This document shows, piece after piece, positions 1 through 8,495 of a stretch of DNA of 46,044 nt. The translations under genes and the position numbers were made by a program. The DNA comes from Deferribacterales bacterium. Its GTDB lineage: Bacteria; Chrysiogenota; Deferribacteres; Deferribacterales; Geovibrionaceae. The stretch spans positions 1 to 46,044 of the forward strand of contig JBFWJG010000010.1 of NCBI GenBank assembly GCA_050253335.1, read 5' to 3'. The notes beneath the pieces are model-generated. The model saw only the letters and a list, made by a program, of their open reading frames with translations. It had not been told where the DNA came from and ran no database searches. Every line of letters starts with the position of its first letter. The first letter of the stretch is position 1.

Positions 1-161
1 CGCAGAACCTCAAGGTGCGGAGCAGTCTCCGCCCTTTTGTAGATCCACTTAAACTTAGAACTCATGTAGGTTTCAAAGCTGTTCGGGTTCAAAAGCATCT
101 CCGTACTCAGACGTTTAATCAACTCGCCTGCACTCCCGCATATGTTTGCGGGAAAAAACAC
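1..161 (-). CDS. Possible hypothetical protein, 5' part only (runs off the left edge)
   Basis: Open frame from GTG at 161 (MFFPANICGSAGELIKRLSTEMLLNPNSFETYMSSKFKWIYKRAETAPHLEVL...), just downstream of the 183..398 gene. Weak RBS and no recognisable family. Confidence 0.3.
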   Translation of the reverse strand, partial: MFFPANICGSAGELIKRLSTEMLLNPNSFETYMSSKFKWIYKRAETAPHLEVL

Positions 162-182
162 TTTCCGAACAGAAGAACGTGC

Positions 183-398
183 CTAAAGGAAGCTCACCGG
201 CTTTATCGGCTTGTATGACTTGGTAACGGGGAGGCTTTCAGGTGTCTGAAGCCTGTACTTGTCAACTATTTTGGTTTCGATAACCTTTCCCTCATTGTCA
301 TACAGGGTCAGCTCATACTGACTGACAGCAGCATTGTTCACAAGGGATGCCACAAGCCATGCCATACTGATTATAAATGCGACGTACCAGTACTTCAT
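183..398 (-). CDS. Small hypothetical membrane/secreted protein (71 aa)
   Basis: ATG at 398 preceded by GGAG. Hydrophobic N-terminus MKYWYVAFIISMAWLVASLV. Confidence 0.6.
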   Translation of the reverse strand: MKYWYVAFIISMAWLVASLVNNAAVSQYELTLYDNEGKVIETKIVDKYRLQTPESLPVTKSYKPIKPVSFL

Positions 399-605
399 GC
401 TGGCTCCGCCGAAGATATCCCTTAATTCAGGCATTATTCCACCGCCGAAATTTAATACATTCTATTTATACTTCAACGGAAGTAAAAATACAAGTACGGT
501 TCGGCAGTTTAATCGGAAGCAGAAAAAGCCTGAGTCTTTGAACATTAATTATTTCAGCATTAAACCATCATTGTATTTAAGAGTGAAATCAGGTTATATA
601 TTCTT

Positions 606-1526
606 ATGGGTGAAATTTTCTTTCTCGTGCTTCCGGTTTTCATAGTGCTTGCGACCGGAAACCTGCTTAAAAGAATGAAGATAGTCGATGACAGGTTCAT
701 TGCCTCGTCCAATACCCTTATCTTCAAAGTCACACTCCCCGCACTTCTTTTTCTCAGTATCTCCCGCTCAAATCTCAAGGCGGTTTTTGACTGGCGGCTT
801 GTGGCAATAATTTTCGCATCCGTTTTTCTGGTCGCAGTGCTCAGCTTCATCACGGCAAAAATACTCCGCCTCAGTCCGGATATAACAGGCACATTCGCAA
901 TGAACAACTTCCGCGGCAATTACGCAAACATGGGGTTCCCTGTGTTCTTTTATGTCTTTGGGCAGGAAGGACTTATGTACGCCAGCGTCCTTATGGCGTT
1001 CATTGTACCTTATGTGAGTATGCTGGCAATAATCGGCCTCAGCCTCACCTCCGGCGACAGAACCAAGATAGCTCCCATGATGAAAAACGCGGTGCTGAAC
1101 CCCCTCGCCATCGCCTGCATGGGCGGACTGCTCTATTCATACATCGGCATACCCATGCCAGCATTCATCAACAAATCCATCTCTATTATCAGTGATGTAA
1201 CGCTCCCCCTCGCGCTGTTCTGCGTGGGCTCCACAATCACGCTTGAATCAATGAAGAATGACTTTTTCCTCAGTTCCCTGAGCTCGTTCTTCAAAATGCT
1301 GGTCGGACCCGCCATAGCCTTCTTCATGCTGAAAGCATGGGGAATTGAGATGACCATCGGCGCTAAAGCCCTCGTGGTTCTCCTCTCCTCACCTTCCGGC
1401 ACGGTAAACTACGTGTTCGCCGCGGCAATGGGGGGCAACACACGCCTCACCGCAAGCACAATAGTCACCACACACAGCTTCTCGATCCTTACATTCATCA
1501 TGTGGATCATGATAGTAGGCGTATAG
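606..1526 (+). CDS. AEC (auxin efflux carrier) family transporter
   Basis: About 10 TM segments. Motifs VTLPALLF, GNYANMGFP, NPLAIA and LPLALF are typical of AEC/Mem_trans. Confidence 0.88.
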   Translation: MGEIFFLVLPVFIVLATGNLLKRMKIVDDRFIASSNTLIFKVTLPALLFLSISRSNLKAVFDWRLVAIIFASVFLVAVLSFITAKILRLSPDITGTFAMNNFRGNYANMGFPVFFYVFGQEGLMYASVLMAFIVPYVSMLAIIGLSLTSGDRTKIAPMMKNAVLNPLAIACMGGLLYSYIGIPMPAFINKSISIISDVTLPLALFCVGSTITLESMKNDFFLSSLSSFFKMLVGPAIAFFMLKAWGIEMTIGAKALVVLLSSPSGTVNYVFAAAMGGNTRLTASTIVTTHSFSILTFIMWIMIVGV

Positions 1527-1773
1527 CCTCCAGAATCTCGCTTTCGCTGAGTTCCGCATCTATCTCAATGGTCTTATGCCGCGAAAGTCCGCCTGCGCAT
1601 ATCCTCACCGAAGACTTGGGCAGTTTCAGCGCCTTAGCGAAAAACTGAACCACCGCCTCATTCGCCGCACCCTCAACAGGCGGGGCTGCGACCCTTATCT
1701 TCGCCTTTCCGTCAAACTCTCCCGCATACCCGCTCTTCTTCGCGCCGGGCTGGATATAAACATGATATTTCAT
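1507..1773 (-). CDS. DUF167 / YggU family protein
   Basis: VYIQPGAKKS...KIRVAAPPVEGAANEAVVQFFAKALKLPKSSVRI..G..SRHK signature. Start trimmed to MKYHV. Confidence 0.9.
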   Translation of the reverse strand: MKYHVYIQPGAKKSGYAGEFDGKAKIRVAAPPVEGAANEAVVQFFAKALKLPKSSVRICAGGLSRHKTIEIDAELSESEILEAIRLLS

Positions 1774-1817
1774 ACAGATATAATACATCATCACCCCTTG
1801 CGGATAAAACAGGTATC

Positions 1818-1846
1818 TTTACATTTAATATAACGGGTGCTAATAT
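1818..1846 (+). promoter_or_regulatory. Putative sigma70 promoter for argC
   Basis: TTTACA-N17-TAATAT with an extended -10 TGn, ~30 bp upstream of the argC start. Confidence 0.5.
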
Positions 1847-1876
1847 CCTGCACTGACAAGCCTTCGGAGGTATATT

Positions 1877-2881
1877 TTGAAAATCGGAATTATCGGAGCC
1901 ACCGGGTACACCGGATTTGAACTGGTGAAAATTCTTGCGAAACACCCTGAATTTGAAATAGCGGCACTTACTAGCACCACCCTTGCGGGTACGCCCTATT
2001 CCTCAGTTTATCCCCAGCTCCGAGGCATTGTCGATAACATCATAGAAACCGATGACTATGAAAAATGCGCTCAGAAAGTCGATGCGGTTTTCCTCTGCCT
2101 GCCCCACACGGCAAGTCAGGAAGCGGCGGACTTCTTCCTCTCCAAAGGGAAAAAAGTCGCCGACCTCAGCGCCGATTTCAGACTGGGCAGCAAAGACCTG
2201 TACGAGTTTGTGTATAAAGTGCCCCACACAAAGGAAGCTCTCTTCTCTGAGGCAGTCTACGGTATGCCCGAAATATTCGGCGAGCAGCTTAAAACCGCAA
2301 AACTGGCAGCCATACCCGGCTGCTATCCCACTTCCGTTATCATGCCCCTGTTTCCTCTTCTGAAAGAAGGACTTATAGACGGCGAGTTCATAGTTGCGGA
2401 CAGCAAATCCGGCATAACCGGAGCAGGAAAGACACCATCAGATAAAACACACTTCTGCAATGTGCAGGAAAACTTTCAGGCATACGGCGTCCTCAGCCAC
2501 AGGCACAACCCCGAAATAAACTTCATTCTCGGCAAGGCGGGCAAACCGGTTGACGTAACCTTCACACCACACCTCGCACCCATAAATAAAGGTATCGAAA
2601 GCACAATTTACGCACGGTCACACACAGATATATTCCAGCTCGCGGAATGCCTCAAAACATTCTACAAAGGAAGGAGATTCGTCCGAATACTCGACTTCGG
2701 GAACGTCGCCGCCACAGCAAACGTCCGCGATACCAACTTCATAGACATCGCACTGTTTAAAAAAGCGGATAAACTCGTCATCACCTCTGCAATTGATAAT
2801 CTCGTGAAAGGAGCAAGCGGAGCCGCTGTGCAGACCATGAACGTTATGTGCGGACTGGATGAAACAACAGGACTGATATAA
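1877..2881 (+). CDS. argC: N-acetyl-gamma-glutamyl-phosphate reductase
   Basis: GATGYTG, DLSADFR, PGCYPTS catalytic Cys, IDNLVKGASGAAVQ. GGAGG RBS and TTG start. Confidence 0.97.
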   Translation: MKIGIIGATGYTGFELVKILAKHPEFEIAALTSTTLAGTPYSSVYPQLRGIVDNIIETDDYEKCAQKVDAVFLCLPHTASQEAADFFLSKGKKVADLSADFRLGSKDLYEFVYKVPHTKEALFSEAVYGMPEIFGEQLKTAKLAAIPGCYPTSVIMPLFPLLKEGLIDGEFIVADSKSGITGAGKTPSDKTHFCNVQENFQAYGVLSHRHNPEINFILGKAGKPVDVTFTPHLAPINKGIESTIYARSHTDIFQLAECLKTFYKGRRFVRILDFGNVAATANVRDTNFIDIALFKKADKLVITSAIDNLVKGASGAAVQTMNVMCGLDETTGLI

Positions 2882-2916
2882 AAAGTATATTTTAAATTTC
2901 TTTGCTGAGCATAAGA

Positions 2917-3026
2917 GTTTTTGAGGGGGTTCGGGGGGACTTTGTTCCAAAAAGTTCCCCTGAGAAAAAGATGAGAAACCCTTTTTTAACGGAAAAAAAG
3001 TGTTTCTCAAACTCTTCCCAAGAAAC
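2917..3026. repeat. Inverted pair of REP-like palindromic elements
   Basis: 2917-2963 reads GTTTTTGAGGGGGTTCG followed by the hairpin GGGGGACTTT..AAAGTTCCCC. The reverse complement of 2972-3026 has the same architecture (GTTTCTTGGGAAGAGTTTG followed by the hairpin AGAAAC..TTTTTT..AAAAAA..GTTTCT). Confidence 0.6.
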
Positions 3027-3113
3027 CGAAATTGCTTCGCAAAACAAAATATTTCAGGAGAATTTATCATGGAACATATAAAAGGCGCAGGCGTATGCGG
3101 CTCTTGTTTTACC

Positions 3114-3208
3114 GGCTCGGATTTCACATCCGTGTAATTCCTCGCCACACGCTCGCGGGCGGGTAAACCGCCCTTCGCTTCGCACGGCGTGTTTCCATCC
3201 ATGGAAAC
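3114..3208. mobile_element. Structured non-coding element, type B, copy 1 (hairpin - 43-bp core - hairpin)
   Basis: Core ACACGCTCGCGGGCGGGTAAACCGCCCTTCGCTTCGCACGGCG at 3147, shared with 3331, 22931, 45784 and 45935. Mobility is inferred from dispersal. Confidence 0.7.
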
Positions 3209-3297
3209 TTAAAAGGTGCGCAGTACAAATTACAGATTAAGGAGAATTTATCATGGAACATATAAAAGGCGCAGGCGTATGCGGCTCTTGTTTTACC

Positions 3298-3392
3298 GGC
3301 TCGGATTTCACATCCGTGTAATTCCTCGCCACACGCTCGCGGGCGGGTAAACCGCCCTTCGCTTCGCACGGCGTGTTTCCATCCATGGAAAC
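3298..3392. mobile_element. Structured non-coding element, type B, copy 2
   Basis: Identical to 3114-3208. Confidence 0.7.
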
Positions 3393-3436
3393 TTAAAAGG
3401 TGCGCAGTACAAATTACAGATTAAGGAGAATTTATC

Positions 3437-4636
3437 ATGGAACATATAAAAGGCGCAGGCGTATGCGCACCTTTGGGATTTTCGGCATCGAGTGCGGTTG
3501 CGGATGTTAAGGGGAACGGCAGGGGGAAGAAGGACATGGCTCTTCTTTATTCCGAGGTTCCGTTTAATGCGGCGGCTGTTTTCACATCCAACAAGTTCTG
3601 CGCCGCTCCGGTTATTCACGGGCGGGAGCTTATCGGGAAGAAGGGTAAATTCAGCGCGATAGTTGTAAACAGCGGCAACGCCAATGCCTGTACAGGCGAG
3701 AAGGGTCTTGCCGCCTGCGGTGAGATAACTAAGGCTTTTGCCTCGGAGCTTGGTGTTGATGAAAGGGCAGTGCTTATTTCATCAACTGGTGTAATCGGCG
3801 TTCAGCTTCCTGTGGAAAAAATGACGGCTAAGGCGGGTGAGCTGATAGACGAGCTTGATTCCTCAAACTCGAATGAGTTTGCGGAAGCGATCATGACCAC
3901 TGACGCTGTGAAGAAGGAATATGCCGTACTGGTGGAGACAAAGAACGGCGCTTATGTTGTTGCTGGCGCGGCAAAGGGTGCGGGTATGATTGCCCCTTCC
4001 ATGGCTACTATGCTTGGCTTTATCACAACAGATGCGGCGGTGAAGACGGACGCATTGCAGGAAGCGCTGAACTACGCAGTGGCTGACAGCTTCAACAGCA
4101 TCACAGTTGACGGGGACATGAGCACAAATGACACGGTATTTCTGTTCGCGAACGGCATGAGCGGCATTATCCCAAACAGAGAGGAGTTCTTCGAAGCGGT
4201 GAAGACCGTGTGTGTTGAGCTTGCAAAAATGATCGTGAGGGACGGCGAAGGCGCTACCAAGTTCTGCACGTTCAAGGTCGTGAACGCGGCAACGGAAGAG
4301 GATGCGAAGAAGTGCGCCTTTGCCCTTGCCAATTCGCCTCTGGTGAAAACCATGCTCCACGGGGAAGACCCCAACTGGGGAAGAATTTTCGCAACGGTGG
4401 GCGCATGTGGCATAGCGTGCAGACAGGACAATGTTGACCTGTATTTTGAGGATCTGAAATATGCGGAGAACGGCGTGATAGTGGACTATGCCCTTGAACC
4501 TAAGGCTGCTGCGATAATGAAAAAGAAGGATATAGAGATCACTGTGGATCTGAAAGAGGGCTCGGCTTCAAAAACAGTGTACACCTGCGACTTCACGAAG
4601 GAGTACATATCCATCAACGCGGATTACAGAAGCTAG
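3437..4636 (+). CDS. argJ: Bifunctional ornithine acetyltransferase / N-acetylglutamate synthase
   Basis: VNSGNANACTG, STGVIG, KGAGMIAPSMATML (autocleavage Thr), DGDMSTND, NADYRS C-terminus. Confidence 0.97.
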   Translation: MEHIKGAGVCAPLGFSASSAVADVKGNGRGKKDMALLYSEVPFNAAAVFTSNKFCAAPVIHGRELIGKKGKFSAIVVNSGNANACTGEKGLAACGEITKAFASELGVDERAVLISSTGVIGVQLPVEKMTAKAGELIDELDSSNSNEFAEAIMTTDAVKKEYAVLVETKNGAYVVAGAAKGAGMIAPSMATMLGFITTDAAVKTDALQEALNYAVADSFNSITVDGDMSTNDTVFLFANGMSGIIPNREEFFEAVKTVCVELAKMIVRDGEGATKFCTFKVVNAATEEDAKKCAFALANSPLVKTMLHGEDPNWGRIFATVGACGIACRQDNVDLYFEDLKYAENGVIVDYALEPKAAAIMKKKDIEITVDLKEGSASKTVYTCDFTKEYISINADYRS

Positions 4637-4689
4637 ACGGCTGCGGATTCTTCAATTAAAATAAGTAGAATATATTATTTGTTATAAGC

Positions 4690-4721
4690 CTAAAAGCGGC
4701 AGGAGTTCCTGCCGCTTTTAG
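4690..4721. terminator. Bidirectional intrinsic terminator between convergent argJ and flaG
   Basis: CTAAAAGCGGCAGGA-GT-TCCTGCCGCTTTTAG perfect inverted repeat with A/T tails. Confidence 0.85.
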
Positions 4722-4746
4722 ATATTTTCAAATCTCGTTAAATTCA

Positions 4747-5130
4747 CTAAAACCTTTCGTCCAAAATCAGTCCGAGCATTTCGTCAATATTTTTGGCAAG
4801 CCTCAGGGCGTCCTCGGAAGGTATCTGCTTAACAACTTCGCCCTGCTCTTTGTCAATTATCTTGACCACAACTGCATTAAGCTGCTTCTCAACACTGAAC
4901 TCTCTTTTTACATCAAGAGATTTCAGGCTTTCATTGAGAGTTTCCACAGCTTCCTGAACTTCTTCGAAATCGGGTTTCCTTTTCTCGGAGTTCACCTTTT
5001 CGGCAGCGCTGCCGAAGAGTTTTTCATTAACCAGTTTTGTTGACTGCGAAACACTCTGAGTGGTCTGTGCTCTTGCTCCGCTGCCTGAATCAGGTGTACC
5101 TTGTTGAACGTTCTTTACAGATTCAATCAT
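4747..5130 (-). CDS. flaG: Flagellar protein FlaG
   Basis: EAVETLNE..L...EFSVE....VVKIIDKEQGEVVKQIPSEDALRLA...GLILDERF. Lies directly downstream of a flagellin. Confidence 0.93.
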   Translation of the reverse strand: MIESVKNVQQGTPDSGSGARAQTTQSVSQSTKLVNEKLFGSAAEKVNSEKRKPDFEEVQEAVETLNESLKSLDVKREFSVEKQLNAVVVKIIDKEQGEVVKQIPSEDALRLAKNIDEMLGLILDERF

Positions 5131-5155
5131 GATAGCACCTTCTCAAAGTTATAAG

Positions 5156-5184
5156 AGTCAGGCAGGTTTAAAACCTGCCTGACT
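5156..5184 (-). terminator. Hairpin between flagellin and flaG (mRNA stabiliser or partial terminator)
   Basis: AGTCAGGCAGGTT-TAA-AACCTGCCTGACT perfect stem with a weak U-tail. Confidence 0.55.
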
Positions 5185-5202
5185 TTAATTTTACTTATTT
5201 TA

Positions 5203-8200
5203 TTATCCCAGGAGTGAGAGAGCCATCTGCGGAAGGCTGTTAGCCTGAGCAAGCATACCGATGTTAGACTGCATAAGAATCTGATTCTTGGTAAACTTGG
5301 CCATTTCATCTGCCACGTCAAGGTCACGTATCCTTGATTCTGCCGCTGTCAGGTTTTCCCTTGTGGTATCAAGGCCTGTCATAGTGTACTCAAGCCTGTT
5401 GATCTGAGCACCTATTGTGGCTCTAACACCGGAAACAGTTTCCAGAGCCTTGTCGATTTTGGTGATAGATGACTGAGCAAGTTCCTGATCAATCATGTAA
5501 ACATCGTCAAGACCAAGTGAAGCTGTGTTGATCTGAGGTATGTTTGCAAGTATTGTCTGGCCTTCGTTAGCACCTATCTGCATTTCCATTGCGTTGTCCA
5601 CAAGGTGAAGCTTAAGGTTCTGGGTCTGTCCTGTTGTGCTTACGGACATAGTTTTTGATGTATCATCCCAGCTTATGTTGATGCCTACGTTGCTGTCTAT
5701 TTCAACATCAACGCCGTCAATCACGCCTCTGAGAGTATAGTCATTAACTCTGTCAGAGCCTATGAACTCACCGGTGTGAGCATCAGTAACGTTAACAGTC
5801 ATTTCGCTGTTTTCGCCTTCCTGAATGTTCACTATGGAAAGTGCTTTTATAAGGTTTTCATCGCCTATGAAGGACAGTTTGCTGTCGCTTCCGAGGCGTG
5901 CTGACTGGATAACAAATGTTCCTGCGAGAGCTTCGTTGGATTCCGCAGTAGCATTTGTGACATAATTCACAAGGTTTTCGTTAACTTCATCAGGAGTTCC
6001 GCTTGAATCAGCAGTGGCGCCCATTCCAAGAGTTACGATCGCGTTCGTAAGTTTTTCTTCCATTTCTCTGACGGTGTCATCACCTTCAAGGTAGATGGTA
6101 GTGGACTGGCCGTTACCGAACAGTGTCAGTTCCTGAGTTGTGCTGTTAGCGAATATGTTTACGCCGTCAGCGCTCACGAATCTGTCGATATCTTTCAGTT
6201 TGGTGCTGAGTCTTGCTATGCCTGTGCCGTCTGAGCCGCCGTAGGCTTTGTCAGTGAAAGCGATTGTGCTTTCAGAAGTAACAAGTTCCGCTTCGGCAAA
6301 TTTAAGCTCGATGCCGGATTTTGTAACCTCGCCTGTGTCTTCGTCAAACACAACGTTGTAAACTTCCGCTGTACCGCCGGCTTCAAGTTCAGCATCAGTG
6401 TAAGTAGCATTAACGCTTGCTCCTACTGTTGCGGATCCTGAGTAGCTTATTGATGCATCAGCAGCGCCTGCGCTTCCGTTCTGGGCTATGAAAAGTTTAG
6501 AGCCCTGACCGAGAACAGCATCAGCACCGCCGAGGTCAAACACGATGTTCTGAGAAACTGCGCCTAAGCCGAGAGTTGCAAAGTTGGCGGCAGTGAAAAC
6601 TATCTGCTCTTCAGCAAGGACTACTGTAGCGTTCATACTCGAACTTGTTTCTTCGCCTGTTTTCGCATCAACAAAATTAACTTTAAAGCTTACTGTTGTT
6701 GAAGAACCTGCTGAAGTTCTTACATCACTCAGTGCCTCGAATGTGTAGTAACCGGCGTTGCCTGTTGTTGCTGCGGCTGTGTAGGCTACTGCAACTGATG
6801 AAACAGTTGTGCCGTCTGCAGCGTAAAGACCCGCAGTTGCGGAAACAAGTGTTGCTGCGGCTGTTGTAACTGCACCGTCAACATTTACTGTCACATCGCC
6901 TTCTATAGCGTTGCCGTCGGTTGTGCTGCCGTAAGCGGCAACTATTGAACCGGGGTTGGTGATTGAAGCAGTTATGTAGCTTACGCTTTCGCCTGCTTTT
7001 GTAACAACGGTTCCTTCTGTGGCTGTAGTGCCCGCTTCGTTGCCGTCAAAGGTGAGGGTCATGGAACCAGTGGTGTAGGTTCCGTCAACTTCGTTGAACG
7101 TAAGGTGAGTAACGGAAGCTGATTTTGCTGTTTCCCCGTCAGTGTTTGTGAGTTCACCTGCACCGAAAGCAATTGTGGGGCCGTCAGCCGTGTAGTCACC
7201 GTTTACGTCGTTAAGCTGAAGAACGCCGCCGCCGTTTTCGAGTTTGTTTGCATTTTCCTTAATTTCGCCGGAAACCTGCAGAGCTACCGTGTCACCGGTG
7301 TTCATTTCCCAGCCTAAAGCAGCAGTCAGTGCGAGGTCATCGCTGAGACCGGCCGCTGTGGCAACTTCACCGAGGTTATCAGCAGTAAACGTAATAGAAG
7401 TGCCTAAAAGATCGCCTGTCACTTCTGCTGTGGTTTTTGCACCGGTTTTAGCATCAACAAATGTTACGTTGAATGTTCCGGTAGTATCTGCCGCAGTTAC
7501 GCCGTCTTCAGTAGCCTCAATAATGAACCAGCCGGAGTTTTTGGCTGTAGCGCCTGCAGTTGCAGCCGTAATATCGAAGGTAGATGCTCCGCCGTCTGCC
7601 TGATAGGAGCCGAGAACTTCCACAGAAGCGTCAACATCCGCTGTGGAGTCACTGATCTCAACTATGGCTGATTTCACGTCTCCGGTGAAGGCAGCATCAA
7701 TGATGTTGCTTGCTTCGCCTTCTATTGAAGCGAGGTTTGCGTTTGATGATGACATAACGTCTGATTTGTAGACGTTGTTTGTTCCGCCTGATACAGATAC
7801 TTCAAGGTTGTAGTTGCCTTCCGCAACTTTGCTCTTGATGATTGCATTGAGGCTTGTTGAGTCTGATGACCACAGAGCAGTGGCATCACCGTTAAGAAGT
7901 TTTTTGGTGTTGAACTCTGTTGAAGAGGATATTCTGTTGATCTCTTCTTTGAGCTGGTCAACCTCTTTCTGGATCTCTGCACGGTCGTTTGTGGTGTACG
8001 TACCGTTACCCGCCTGAACAGCAAGCTCTCTCATCCTCTGAAGCATGTCCTGAATGTTCTGCAGTCCGCCTTCAGCAGTCTGAAGGAGTGATATACCGTC
8101 CTGGGCGTTGAGTGAAGCTCTTTTGAGACCGCTTATCTGGCCTCTTAATTTCTCAGAAATAGCAAGACCGGATGCGTCGTCCGATGCCGAGTTGATTCTG

Positions 8201-8307
8201 AGACCGCTTGAAAGTCTTTCAAGGGATTTTGCTACCGCGCTGTTTGTCTGTCCCAGGTATCTCTGTGCTGTGAGTGAAGGGACGTTAGTGTTGATATACA
8301 TTGCCAT
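5203..8307 (-). CDS. fliC: Flagellin (giant, 1034 aa)
   Basis: Flagellin_N ([25 protein letters not shown]) and Flagellin_C ([30 protein letters not shown]) flank a ~700-aa Ala/Thr/Ser-rich insert. Confidence 0.97.
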   Translation of the reverse strand: MAMYINTNVPSLTAQRYLGQTNSAVAKSLERLSSGLRINSASDDASGLAISEKLRGQISGLKRASLNAQDGISLLQTAEGGLQNIQDMLQRMRELAVQAGNGTYTTNDRAEIQKEVDQLKEEINRISSSTEFNTKKLLNGDATALWSSDSTSLNAIIKSKVAEGNYNLEVSVSGGTNNVYKSDVMSSSNANLASIEGEASNIIDAAFTGDVKSAIVEISDSTADVDASVEVLGSYQADGGASTFDITAATAGATAKNSGWFIIEATEDGVTAADTTGTFNVTFVDAKTGAKTTAEVTGDLLGTSITFTADNLGEVATAAGLSDDLALTAALGWEMNTGDTVALQVSGEIKENANKLENGGGVLQLNDVNGDYTADGPTIAFGAGELTNTDGETAKSASVTHLTFNEVDGTYTTGSMTLTFDGNEAGTTATEGTVVTKAGESVSYITASITNPGSIVAAYGSTTDGNAIEGDVTVNVDGAVTTAAATLVSATAGLYAADGTTVSSVAVAYTAAATTGNAGYYTFEALSDVRTSAGSSTTVSFKVNFVDAKTGEETSSSMNATVVLAEEQIVFTAANFATLGLGAVSQNIVFDLGGADAVLGQGSKLFIAQNGSAGAADASISYSGSATVGASVNATYTDAELEAGGTAEVYNVVFDEDTGEVTKSGIELKFAEAELVTSESTIAFTDKAYGGSDGTGIARLSTKLKDIDRFVSADGVNIFANSTTQELTLFGNGQSTTIYLEGDDTVREMEEKLTNAIVTLGMGATADSSGTPDEVNENLVNYVTNATAESNEALAGTFVIQSARLGSDSKLSFIGDENLIKALSIVNIQEGENSEMTVNVTDAHTGEFIGSDRVNDYTLRGVIDGVDVEIDSNVGINISWDDTSKTMSVSTTGQTQNLKLHLVDNAMEMQIGANEGQTILANIPQINTASLGLDDVYMIDQELAQSSITKIDKALETVSGVRATIGAQINRLEYTMTGLDTTRENLTAAESRIRDLDVADEMAKFTKNQILMQSNIGMLAQANSLPQMALSLLG

Positions 8308-8352
8308 GACATCCTCCTTGCTGGCAACCGCTGGACTTCCTTGTCTGCGGCT
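8308..8352 (-). promoter_or_regulatory. Putative CsrA-binding sites in the flagellin 5' UTR
   Basis: mRNA strand has a GAC-AAGGAA-GUC hairpin and GCAAGGAGGAUG overlapping the SD. This is the two-site arrangement known for CsrA/FliW-controlled flagellins. Confidence 0.65.
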
Positions 8353-8457
8353 GGACTCATTTCTGCGAAGCCGGAATTTCCACGCCGAAAGAGGCTTCTT
8401 GAGTCCTGTTTGTTTTATTTTCAGAAGTGCTTGAAAAACCGCTTCAGCAGTAAGGGT

Positions 8458-8495
8458 AAAAAAAAAGGCCGATGGCTATTTCTAGCCATCGGCCT
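8458..8495 (-). terminator. Intrinsic terminator inside the flagellin leader
   Basis: Minus strand reads GGCCGATGGCTA-GAAA-TAGCCATCGGCC followed by T9. Confidence 0.85.

Larger units (their letters stand above)
3056..3467 (+). repeat. 184-bp tandem repeat (2 full units plus a third 44-bp direct repeat) containing the argJ RBS and first 10 codons
   Basis: AGGAGAATTTATCATGGAACATATAAAAGGCGCAGGCGTATGCG occurs at 3056, 3240 and 3424, separated by identical 140-bp spacers. Confidence 0.97.

Noticed and set aside
3056..3467. CRISPR array or arginine attenuator
   Set aside because: The spacers are identical, the repeat is the argJ start, and the mini-ORFs have no Arg codons.
2618..3619. Minus-strand ORFs 2618..3202, 3124..3369 and 3308..3619
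   Set aside because: They are translations of repeats and of antisense argC/argJ, with no RBS or protein-like features.
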